A model generated the notes under the pieces. That model searched no databases, was not told the origin of the DNA, and saw only the letters and a program-made list of their open reading frames with translations. Of a DNA stretch of 64,000 bases, positions 9,312 to 17,976 are shown one piece after another. How positions within the stretch are numbered: position 1 is the first letter of the stretch; each line of letters starts with the position of its first letter. Where the stretch lies: NCBI GenBank assembly GCA_052437175.1, contig JBQVOK010000001.1, positions 628,226 through 692,225 on the forward strand, read 5' to 3'. The stretch comes from Flavobacteriales bacterium. GTDB taxonomy: Bacteria; Bacteroidota; Bacteroidia; CAIKAF01. The position numbers were made by a program, and so were the translations under genes.

Positions 9312-12300
9312 TCAGCGCATGAGGTACATTTTTCCGAATCCTTTCTTGAAGAAGGAATCGGCCTCGGTAGCACGGCGGTCGATGTTTTCGCCGTTGATCT
9401 CTGTATAAACGCGGTACAGGTAAACGCCGGAGGCCAGTTTATTGCCGAACTCGTCGGTGCCGTCCCAGGCGTAATCGGTAATGTTGTTGCCGATGTGGAT
9501 GTTCCCGAGTTCTTCCATCATGATCTCGCGTACGATCACCCCGTTGATATTAAAGATCTGTATCTTGAAGAAGGTGGGCAGTTCGCTGCCGGTGAGTGTA
9601 AATACAAAGCGGGTGGAGGTGCTGAAGGGGTTGGGATAGTTGAGTATCTGGGTAATGCTCGATTTGTTTACAATGTTAAAACGGATCCTGTAATCGAAGG
9701 TACCGTCGCCGTTGCCGCTGGCATTATTGGTCTTATCGCGGGCGCGCAGCATCAGTTCGTACTGGCCGTCGGCCATGGAGAAATCCGGGCGGAATTCGAG
9801 CCGCGCATTGTTTTTGGCATTGGTGGCCGGGTAAAAGCTCACGTCGGAACCGCTCAGCGGAACAGGAACAATATTGGAATTGCCCGGGTAACGCAGGAAA
9901 ACCTCGAAGCTCGACGTGTCGTTCAGCAGCAGGATGGGGTTTTCGTCCTTCAGCTGGATCAGGATCACCGGTTTGGCCGAAACAATATCGCCGTCCATGA
10001 TGCGCACGCCGTCAAAGGTGACGTCCAGCAGGGGGTTGATCTTGTCTTTATCCGTATAGAAAAGCCGGTCGGCCAGGTTATTGAAATGGTACTGTTCCAG
10101 GAAACGGTCGGGCCTGTCCAGCGGGTTGGCCTCGGTCCAGAGCACGTTGAGGCCCGGGTAATTCATGTTTTCGATCGTAAACGTGTCCAGCAGGAACTGT
10201 CCCACGTTAAGGCCGTTGTACTTTTTGTAAAAATTGCTAACCGCATTGTTACTGTTTACAATAAAGTGTTTCACAATAACGGAATCGGTATTGTAGTCGC
10301 CGATGTTCTCCACTGGCATCACCAGCCGCAGTGTCTGGCCCTGGGGCAGGGTATCGGCTGTAAAGGTAAAGCCGGAGCGTGCCGGGTTCAGCGATATTTC
10401 AGGCACGCCTTCGTACAGCACGTGCCAGCGCCGCAGTTGTGCCGGCGTGCGTATGCTGTCGTCCCGGGTAAAGAAACGCAGTTTCAGGTAAGGGTACTGG
10501 CTGGCATTGATGGTATTACCCAGGTTGAATATTTCGCCCGGAACAGGCTGCAGTGCACTGATGAGTGTGGTTTCCACGCCGCCGTTCACCCCGATGATGT
10601 CCACAGAAACGCTGTCGAAACTGGGCATTTCGGTACTCTGCTGAAAGTAGCTCATGTAATCCCAGTTTTTCGCCGGCCCGATAAGCGGACTTTCAATATT
10701 TCCGAAGATCCAGTCATTTTCCAGGTCCTGGGTAAGGGTAATGGCAGCGGAGGGACTGTTTCCCACCACTTCGGCGGTAGTGGCCGGGTAGCCTTTGCGG
10801 GTAAAGAAAATATAGGGCAGATTTTGTCCGCCGGCAGCCAGCAGTTGTATCGAATCAGCACCGAGATTGATAAAGGCATTGAGCTGATCGGGCGTAAACT
10901 GGCTGAAGTTGGTGCTCCACATGGTGTAGGCCAGTATGTAGTGGCCGTTGGGAACGGTGTTGTTCAGCAGGTTCTTGAGTTGCTCGCGGGAGTTGTTATC
11001 GCCCTGCAGGTAGATGAAGTAAGCTTCCTGGCGGTCGCGGCAGGGTAGCTGGCACTGGTTGTACTGCCCCAGGTTATAACCACCGGTACCGCTGCAGTTT
11101 GTTTTCCAGGGTTCCAGCGTAAGCGGATCGATAATGGCTACATAAATCCCGGGAATGGTGTTACAGGCGCCGTATTCCATCAGTACGCCGTCCATATCGT
11201 ATTTACACTGTTCACTCTGTGCCACGCTTACGTTTCCTATGGTAACACAGCGCAGCTGTTTACGGTTCTCGTTGAATTCGAACAGGCGCTGCGGCTCATT
11301 ATAATCGATGTACGTATACTTATCGTTTTTGAACTGCGGAAAATCGGCCTGCCCCCAGCCACGCTTGTTCACAATGTACTGGAACGAAGAATAGCGCCAT
11401 TTCCCGAAGGTAAGGTTGCCGGTGGTATCCACGCCTACGCGCCAGTAAAATACCGTACTGTCGGGCATGTTCAGTTGCGGGTTCCATTGCATTACCCCGC
11501 CGGTCTGACTGATGAGCGTATCCTTTTTCCAGCTGCTGGTAAAATAGGCGCTGGTGTCTATTTCCATACGGTAATTACGCAGGGGCGCAAAAAGATTCCC
11601 CGTTACGGCCTTTATTTTTGTATTGGGCAGGGGTACCACGGCAAATTCCTGCGGATACACGGGGATCACCTCCGCCGAGGCTATATTTACCGTTTTTACC
11701 ACTTTGTTGTTGAACTCGTTCAGCTCTTCCACAAAGTTGTTCGGGTCCAGTGTAATGGTAAAGATATTGCTGCCCTGGCCGTTCACGGGATCGGTGGCGA
11801 ACGTAAGCCGCAGCGTATCCGAAAACATCAGGGGGGGCAGTTTGTAGGCATAAATATCATTCGGTTTCCCCTGTTTGGGATAATCGCGGGTCACCTCAAT
11901 CCGCAGGGAGTCGCTCATAGCGCGGCCTAAATTGGTTACGGCTACGGTAATATGAAAAGAATCCTGGTCGGTCGTGATCACTGCCGGACTTACCACTACG
12001 CTCTGGTCCGTGATCATGGGATCGGGTTTGGTATAGGACATGATCTTCAGGGCCGGATCGCCGTGGATAGAGAATTCCAGGTAGTTCAGTATGTCGAAAA
12101 AGCCGCCGTTCTGCACATACAGCTCGTTTACAGAAGCTGTAAGACATTCTCCGATGCTTTTGGTATACATATCACGGGATATGTTCCGGTACCAGGTACG
12201 TGTAATGTTGAACACGGGGTTCTGCAGGCTGTATCCCACGGCAGAAAGGAAGGCTACGGAACCTTTTTCGGGTTCCAGTACAAAGCGTTCGCTGATGGTG

Positions 12301-14336
12301 GGCGTAGCCTGGAACAGGTCGCCCGAAAGGCAGGAGTTGGCCACGATCACCGGGTAACGTCCGCTGTTACTGTAGTCCGAAGGCTCTTCAATATTGATAT
12401 CGAAACCGCTGCCCGAGGCATGTCCGAAGAAGGTCATCAGCGCCACGCCGTTGTTAATGATCCGTTTGAGGCTGTCTGCCACCGTCTGGGATACCGGGGC
12501 ATTGGATGATTTACCGAAGAACAATGCACGGCCGGCCATTGCCGAATCCTGCCAGGATGCTTTGTAGGTATCGAGGTACGATTTGAACAGGTTTTGTTCT
12601 GCCTGGCTGAAACCTCCCGCAAAATGCAGGGCTTTTTTCATCCACTCGGCCGGGTGGTTCTGCTCGTTCTGCTGCACCTTCAGCAGGTAATTGCTTACAT
12701 CGGCAGGTGTTCTTGCCGCCAGGCGCCCGATAGGCGTATGGTGCCGGGGCGGACTGGTATTTTCGTATACGTAGTTATTGTCCGTAGGCGGATAGCCCAT
12801 GGCCGGGATATAGTTCTGCGCGGCCACAGCAGGGTTTAGCCGCACCTGGTCAGGGAAATACGATTTGCCGATAATGAATATGGCTTTCGGTTTTATGTTC
12901 CACTGCTGCCGGGCATAGTTCAGGAAACGGTAAATACCCAGCGGGTGTCCGTTCATCCCGAACCCGAACTGGTCGTACAGCTCACGCACGTCCAGTACCA
13001 GCGAATTATACCCGCTCAGGTTACGGTAGGCGCCATATTGCAGGGCCTCGTTCCAGAAATAGGACGAAGTGATCACCAGGTAATCGCGGTTGGAATACAT
13101 ACCGCTGAAATCCCGGAATTTGCCCGGTACCGCCCCGGCTGAATTTACCGGCTGTATATTGCTTACCTTGATGGTAGCGCTGTCTGAGGTAAGAATACAT
13201 TGCTTGTTGCCGCTGCCGCCATTGGGCAGCACCACCTGCCAGTTGCCCGAAACGTTCTGTACCTGTATACGTTTTCCATTGCTTACATCGTAGAGGTATA
13301 CCGGGGAACTGAGGGCGTTAAAATTACTTATGGACAGGGTGTATTTAGCCTGTGCCGGGTTATTGGGAACATACAGGATGTGCGAACTGCGGTTGCCCAG
13401 GTTATAGGTCTGCGGCAGCAGGGCACGCACATAGCTGAGGGCATTGCGTGTGGACGGACTGGAAGGCGCAGGGGAAAAACCTACGGAATATACATTGGCT
13501 GAGGCCGCTACCGAAGACGCAGAAGCATTGAGGGTATAGCGGTTAAAGGTAAAATCGAAGAGGTTGGAGTCGATCTGTGCCGAACCAAAGCTCACTTTAT
13601 GGTTATGATCGAAATTTGCCAGGTTCGACGAGGGGTTCGACGCACCTGCGGCCCATACGCTCAGGCTGGCCTGGGGGCCCGCGGTGTACATGGTATTCTT
13701 CAGGTTGGCAAAATCGCCCGTCCAGCCCTGGTTAACGGTCTGTGCATTGGTATAGATGGATGCATAGCCTTCGCCGCTCTGGTAGCGGGCATCTTTCTGA
13801 AAACTGCTGTAAAAAGCGCCTTCGTTGTATGCAGAGCGGTACCCCTGTTCTACCAGCGCCCAGTAAAAAGGCGAGGTGTTCCAGGCCCCGAAATTATTAT
13901 CGAGCTCAGTCACAAAACGCAGCCCGAAACTGCTGCCGGTCGTCAAAAAATAAGAGGCCGTATCGGTGTACAGGTTCACTTTTTTGTTGCCCTGCCAGCC
14001 CGGCTGAAAGTACAGCACCGAGTCGGGTGTACCGTCGTTTCGGATGCCGAAAAAGTCGATATAATCGCCGGGATCGAACTGTCCGTCGCCTTGTCCGGCT
14101 ACGTAAACGGTCTGCTGCTGTCCGCGGAAGTACAGCTGGAAATACCTGGGGTCCGAACTGTTCACCGGGAAACCTGAGGCCGCCAGGGCCGCGTAGGTAA
14201 TGCGGTGCATTCCTGTTTCGGTCACCTGTATCTTATAGTAGCTCTGGTCGTACCGGATCCATTCGTTACCATACACCTGGCTGCGTACCGTAAGAGGAAG
14301 CAGTAGAAAAAGTATATAGATCAGGTGCTTTTTCAT
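9312..14336 (-). CDS. Peptidase C25 (gingipain/PorU-like) protein with T9SS type A C-terminal domain
   Basis: 1674 aa with signal peptide MKKHLIYILFLLLPLTVRSQ. A candidate His/Cys dyad sits in MTFFGHASGSGF and PVIVANSCLSGDLF. The C-terminal sorting domain is ILNYPNPFSTSTRFVFTL...GVYLYRVYTEING...GKMYLMR. Its start overlaps the stop of the upstream barrel gene (ATGA). Confidence 0.8.
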   Translation of the reverse strand: MKKHLIYILFLLLPLTVRSQVYGNEWIRYDQSYYKIQVTETGMHRITYAALAASGFPVNSSDPRYFQLYFRGQQQTVYVAGQGDGQFDPGDYIDFFGIRNDGTPDSVLYFQPGWQGNKKVNLYTDTASYFLTTGSSFGLRFVTELDNNFGAWNTSPFYWALVEQGYRSAYNEGAFYSSFQKDARYQSGEGYASIYTNAQTVNQGWTGDFANLKNTMYTAGPQASLSVWAAGASNPSSNLANFDHNHKVSFGSAQIDSNLFDFTFNRYTLNASASSVAASANVYSVGFSPAPSSPSTRNALSYVRALLPQTYNLGNRSSHILYVPNNPAQAKYTLSISNFNALSSPVYLYDVSNGKRIQVQNVSGNWQVVLPNGGSGNKQCILTSDSATIKVSNIQPVNSAGAVPGKFRDFSGMYSNRDYLVITSSYFWNEALQYGAYRNLSGYNSLVLDVRELYDQFGFGMNGHPLGIYRFLNYARQQWNIKPKAIFIIGKSYFPDQVRLNPAVAAQNYIPAMGYPPTDNNYVYENTSPPRHHTPIGRLAARTPADVSNYLLKVQQNEQNHPAEWMKKALHFAGGFSQAEQNLFKSYLDTYKASWQDSAMAGRALFFGKSSNAPVSQTVADSLKRIINNGVALMTFFGHASGSGFDINIEEPSDYSNSGRYPVIVANSCLSGDLFQATPTISERFVLEPEKGSVAFLSAVGYSLQNPVFNITRTWYRNISRDMYTKSIGECLTASVNELYVQNGGFFDILNYLEFSIHGDPALKIMSYTKPDPMITDQSVVVSPAVITTDQDSFHITVAVTNLGRAMSDSLRIEVTRDYPKQGKPNDIYAYKLPPLMFSDTLRLTFATDPVNGQGSNIFTITLDPNNFVEELNEFNNKVVKTVNIASAEVIPVYPQEFAVVPLPNTKIKAVTGNLFAPLRNYRMEIDTSAYFTSSWKKDTLISQTGGVMQWNPQLNMPDSTVFYWRVGVDTTGNLTFGKWRYSSFQYIVNKRGWGQADFPQFKNDKYTYIDYNEPQRLFEFNENRKQLRCVTIGNVSVAQSEQCKYDMDGVLMEYGACNTIPGIYVAIIDPLTLEPWKTNCSGTGGYNLGQYNQCQLPCRDRQEAYFIYLQGDNNSREQLKNLLNNTVPNGHYILAYTMWSTNFSQFTPDQLNAFINLGADSIQLLAAGGQNLPYIFFTRKGYPATTAEVVGNSPSAAITLTQDLENDWIFGNIESPLIGPAKNWDYMSYFQQSTEMPSFDSVSVDIIGVNGGVETTLISALQPVPGEIFNLGNTINASQYPYLKLRFFTRDDSIRTPAQLRRWHVLYEGVPEISLNPARSGFTFTADTLPQGQTLRLVMPVENIGDYNTDSVIVKHFIVNSNNAVSNFYKKYNGLNVGQFLLDTFTIENMNYPGLNVLWTEANPLDRPDRFLEQYHFNNLADRLFYTDKDKINPLLDVTFDGVRIMDGDIVSAKPVILIQLKDENPILLLNDTSSFEVFLRYPGNSNIVPVPLSGSDVSFYPATNAKNNARLEFRPDFSMADGQYELMLRARDKTNNASGNGDGTFDYRIRFNIVNKSSITQILNYPNPFSTSTRFVFTLTGSELPTFFKIQIFNINGVIVREIMMEELGNIHIGNNITDYAWDGTDEFGNKLASGVYLYRVYTEINGENIDRRATEADSFFKKGFGKMYLMR

Positions 14337-15436
14337 TCGCTTTTCTTTTTGCCGGATTTAAGATTGAGGCCCACACGCAGGGAGAATACGTGTGAAAATA
14401 AAAAGGTACTCTGGTTGCCGAGGGAGGCCAGGGCATAGTCCACGTAAATGGTCTTTACCCGGAAACCGGCCCCGATATTGGGTTTCACCAGCCATATATC
14501 CTTACTGCCGTCGCCTTTGCTACGCTGGAACTGGCCTACACCGCCCCGGATGAACACAATGTCTTTATACCCGAATTCTACGGCGATACGCGGGTCCATA
14601 CTGAGTGGTTTTCCAGCCACCAGTACGTTACGCTTGCCGTCGGTGGTAATGATCCAGTCGAGCGAAGGGCGTACAAAATAGCGTTGTTTTTTATCGATCC
14701 ACTGCTGGTACGAAGCGCCCAGCACGATCTGCGGCAGCGCCAGTTCAGACGATTTACGCAGTATTTCATTGCCGGTAAGGGCAAAGGTCTTTTCAAAGGT
14801 TTCGGTGTTGTAGCTGAAGTTGGTCACCGTAGTGGTAATATCGCGCAGCAACAGCCCGGCCCGCAGGTTCCGGTACTGGTACTGCAGGCCCAGGTCTACG
14901 CCAAAGCCCCAGCCTTTACCGAATTCCCCTATGTTGCGGTGCAGCACCTTCATACTGCCGCCCACACTGAGGCCTTTTACGGGCATCTGCCGGGCAAAGG
15001 ACACGAAGAATGCGTAATCGGCCACGGAAAATGCGGTGATGCGGTCATACCGGATACGTCCGTCGCTGTCGATCAGTTCCAGGGTATTCGGAATATTGTC
15101 CACCCCGCTGCGGATCACTCCGAAGCCCAGCCCGTTCTTTTCTCCGGCCTTGATGCCGATGGCCCCGAAATCGTATTTTACAATACCGCCGAAGTGTTCG
15201 TTATGCATCAGGGAAACGTCCAGCGTGCTTTTGAGCCGGGTAAGGCCCGCCGGGTTCCAGTAAATAGAAGAAGCGTCATCGGATATGGACGTATAGGCAT
15301 TGCTCATGCCCAGCGCACGTGCATTCACACCAATATCAAGATAGGCATTGGTGTAGGTGTAGGTCTGGGCGCGACAAGCCGCCGCCATAAAAAAAGCGGC
15401 AAGCACAGGGTATATGTTCAGGCAGATAAATTTCAC
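14333..15436 (-). CDS. PorV/PorQ-family outer-membrane beta-barrel protein
   Basis: 367 aa with a GTG start and signal peptide MKFICLNIYPVLAAFFMAAACRAQ. Family signature: IGVNARALGMSNAYTSISDDASSIYWNPAGL. The rest shows an alternating beta-strand pattern. Confidence 0.75.
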   Translation of the reverse strand: MKFICLNIYPVLAAFFMAAACRAQTYTYTNAYLDIGVNARALGMSNAYTSISDDASSIYWNPAGLTRLKSTLDVSLMHNEHFGGIVKYDFGAIGIKAGEKNGLGFGVIRSGVDNIPNTLELIDSDGRIRYDRITAFSVADYAFFVSFARQMPVKGLSVGGSMKVLHRNIGEFGKGWGFGVDLGLQYQYRNLRAGLLLRDITTTVTNFSYNTETFEKTFALTGNEILRKSSELALPQIVLGASYQQWIDKKQRYFVRPSLDWIITTDGKRNVLVAGKPLSMDPRIAVEFGYKDIVFIRGGVGQFQRSKGDGSKDIWLVKPNIGAGFRVKTIYVDYALASLGNQSTFLFSHVFSLRVGLNLKSGKKKSE

Positions 15437-15452
15437 AAAAATTAACCTATTG

Positions 15453-15460
15453 CAAATGTA
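15453..15460 (-). promoter_or_regulatory. Candidate -7 promoter box (TACATTTG) upstream of the PorV-like gene
   Basis: The reverse complement of CAAATGTA matches TAnnTTTG. It lies 17 nt upstream of the GTG start at 15436. Confidence 0.3.
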
Positions 15461-15508
15461 GATAATGTTTTGATATGCAGCAGGCTTTTTGAGCCGGAAG
15501 GATATAAA

Positions 15509-15892
15509 TTAACTTTTGTCTTCCACAGAGCGGGGCGTCATACGGTACAGGTAACTGAAGAACAGGATCAGGACGATTTGTACTGCCAGGCGCAGGAAAG
15601 CGGCCCACAGGGGCATAATGTCGGTCCACAGGTGCCAGATGTGCAGGGGCAGGAATGCCAGCATAAGGCAAAGCGCCAAAAAGGCGCCCCATCTGCGGGT
15701 GGCAGGCAGCAGAAAAAGGATACCGGTAAGTAGCTCTGCCACACCGGAAATATAGATCCACCAGATCATCCCGGGTAGAAAGCCCCCGGATATCGCCAGG
15801 TAAAAATCCGGGTACAGGAAATGCATGGCTCCGCCGGAGACGAAGAACAGGCCAGAGACAAGGCATACGATACGGTAAACGGAAGCGCGCAT
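15509..15892 (-). CDS. Small 4-TM membrane protein, DoxX-like
   Basis: 127 aa with four hydrophobic segments (IVCLVSGLFFVSGGAMHF, WIYISGVAELLTGILFLLP, GAFLALCLMLAFLPLHIW, AAFLRLAVQIVLILFF). I prefer it over the overlapping 171-aa frame at 15447..15962. Confidence 0.6.
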   Translation of the reverse strand: MRASVYRIVCLVSGLFFVSGGAMHFLYPDFYLAISGGFLPGMIWWIYISGVAELLTGILFLLPATRRWGAFLALCLMLAFLPLHIWHLWTDIMPLWAAFLRLAVQIVLILFFSYLYRMTPRSVEDKS

Positions 15893-15978
15893 GGCAGAAC
15901 AGGGTATGTATGCTATAGTATACGTAAAAAATGGTCTGCGGGTTCCGGGAATACGGGAACATCTGTATCTTCGTCCCT

Positions 15979-17115
15979 ATGGCGCGCCTTCATCTTGTCT
16001 CGTTCAATATTCCGTATCCCCCGGACCAGGGCGGACTGGTGGACGTATATGCCAAAATAGGAGCACTGAAGGAGGCCGGGGCCGAAGTGGTGCTGCACTG
16101 CTATGAGTATAACCGGGCACATGCCCCGGAGCTGGAAAAATACTGCGCGGAAGTACATTATTACCCCCGGCATAAGAACCTGTTCTCCCTGTTTTCCCTG
16201 CTGCCTTTTATTGTGTACAGCCGCCGTTCGGCCGCGCTGGAAAAATACCTGTCGGAAGTGAAAAGCGCTGAACCTGTATTGCTCGAAGGACTGCACACGG
16301 CCTATTACCTGGGTAAAAAAGCATTACAGGGTAAAAAAGTATGGCTGCGGACGCACAATATAGAACACCGTTATTATGCCGGACTGGCGGATGCGGAATC
16401 CGGGCTGCTGAAAAAATGGTTCTTCCGCCTGGAAGCCTTTAAACTGAAACGTTTCGAACCTATACTTTCGGCCGCGGACGGACTTTTCTGCATTTCAGCC
16501 GCCGATGAACAGCATTTTCGTATACATAACAAAAACACCCGACTGGTTTCTGCATTTCACCTGGAGAACGAGGTGCGGTCTCAGCCCGGGCTGGGTAATT
16601 TTGCCATGTACCACGGCAGTCTCGACGTTCCCGAAAATTACCGGGCAGCGCTCTGGCTGGTGAACGAGGTGTTTTCCGAAAGCGCCGTACCCCTGCATAT
16701 TGTAGGTAACCGCGCCCCCGCGGCTCTGCGCACGGCCATTGCCAAACACCCGCATATACGGCTTGTGGAGAACGCCGGCCCGCAGCAGATACAGGAAATG
16801 ATGAGGGAGGCCCAGGTGCATGTATTGCCCACCTTCCAGGCTACGGGCATTAAACTGAAGTTGTTACACGCCCTGTTTGCCGGACGTTTCTGTATCGTAA
16901 ATCCGCCTATGGTGCTGGGTACCGGGCTGGAGGAATACTGTACCATTGCCGGCGATGCAGCCGAAATGCGTTACCAGGTAGAAAAGTATATGCAGCTGCC
17001 GTTCACGGAAAGCGATCTGCAGGCACGTAAAAAACTCAATGAAAGTATTTTTGCCAACCGGGTTGGCGCGCATACCATCTTAGCGGGTCTGGGCCTCGCT
17101 CAGGATGCCGTTTGA
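15979..17115 (+). CDS. Glycosyltransferase family 1 (GT-B)
   Basis: The ORF opens at 15931. ATG 15979 gives MARLHLVSFNIPYPPDQGGLVDVYAKIGALKEAG, a typical GT-B N-terminus. C-terminal region: VHVLPTFQATGIKLKLLHALFAGRFCIVN. Confidence 0.8.
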   Translation: MARLHLVSFNIPYPPDQGGLVDVYAKIGALKEAGAEVVLHCYEYNRAHAPELEKYCAEVHYYPRHKNLFSLFSLLPFIVYSRRSAALEKYLSEVKSAEPVLLEGLHTAYYLGKKALQGKKVWLRTHNIEHRYYAGLADAESGLLKKWFFRLEAFKLKRFEPILSAADGLFCISAADEQHFRIHNKNTRLVSAFHLENEVRSQPGLGNFAMYHGSLDVPENYRAALWLVNEVFSESAVPLHIVGNRAPAALRTAIAKHPHIRLVENAGPQQIQEMMREAQVHVLPTFQATGIKLKLLHALFAGRFCIVNPPMVLGTGLEEYCTIAGDAAEMRYQVEKYMQLPFTESDLQARKKLNESIFANRVGAHTILAGLGLAQDAV

Positions 17116-17760
17116 GCAGATGAGCGTACGCGAAGGGTAGGCCCGCAGCAGGTCGTAATCGTGCGTGGCCAGCAGTACCGAGGTGCCTTTGGCGGCAATG
17201 TTCACCAATAGCCGGAGTATCTCGTTGGAGGTTTCCGGGTCCAGGTTACCGGTAGGTTCATCGGCCAGGATCACTTCGGGGTTGTTGAGCAGGGCACGGG
17301 CCACCACTACACGCTGCTGTTCACCGCCCGAAAGCTCGTGCGGGTATTTATGCAGTTTGGTCTTCAGGTTCACGCTTTCCAGTACTTCGGCTATGCGCTT
17401 GTTGATCTCGTCTTTCTGCGTGGTGCCGGTAGCGCGTAGCACAAAGGCCAGGTTATCGCCCACGGTACGGTCCGTAAGCAGCTGAAAGTCCTGGAAAATG
17501 ATACCGATCTTGCGGCGCAGCATGGGCACCTGTTTGGTCTTCAGTCCGTTCAGTTCAACGCCGGCCACCTGTGCGCTGCCTTCTTCCAGGGGCAGTTCGG
17601 CGTACAGGGTCTTCAGCAGCGAACTTTTGCCACTGCCGGTTTTACCTACCATATATACGAATTCTCCGTCGCTGATCTCAAATCCCACGTTTTTCAGCAC
17701 CAGGTTCTTGTCCTGGTAGATCTGAACATTTTCCATTTTTATTCTGGCTGTTTCCGGCAT
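17080..17760 (-). CDS. ftsE: Cell-division ABC ATPase FtsE
   Basis: 226 aa with Walker [10 protein letters not shown], signature LSGGEQQR and Walker [12 protein letters not shown]. An alternative start MENVQIY lies at 17736. No ftsX is adjacent. Confidence 0.9.
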   Translation of the reverse strand: MPETARIKMENVQIYQDKNLVLKNVGFEISDGEFVYMVGKTGSGKSSLLKTLYAELPLEEGSAQVAGVELNGLKTKQVPMLRRKIGIIFQDFQLLTDRTVGDNLAFVLRATGTTQKDEINKRIAEVLESVNLKTKLHKYPHELSGGEQQRVVVARALLNNPEVILADEPTGNLDPETSNEILRLLVNIAAKGTSVLLATHDYDLLRAYPSRTLICSNGILSEAQTR

Positions 17761-17976
17761 GCTTAATGTTTTTTAACGAGGGCAGTTATATCAGTGGCCC
17801 CGGTATTGAACGTTACAAAGATGCGCTTTTGCGCGGGCGGAATACAACAGGCCATTAAATAATTATTAAATGCAGGCCGTTGAAAAATATGCCCTTGTGC
17901 AAAAAAACGCCTGAGACAGCCTGTGTACTTTTACCCCGTGAACGTGTAATCAATCAAGAAATAAACTCGATCCAGA

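Noticed and set aside
15447-15962. 171-aa minus-strand ORF overlapping the DoxX-like gene.
   Set aside because: This alternative frame is Arg/Pro-rich and lacks features. The 127-aa frame gives four clean TM helices.
17851-17879. Near-palindrome GGCCATTAAATAATTATTAAATGCAGGCC in the ftsE/TPR divergent intergenic region.
   Set aside because: It is AT-rich and imperfect, and no regulator gene is nearby to assign it to. It is not distinguishable from chance in an AT-rich promoter region.
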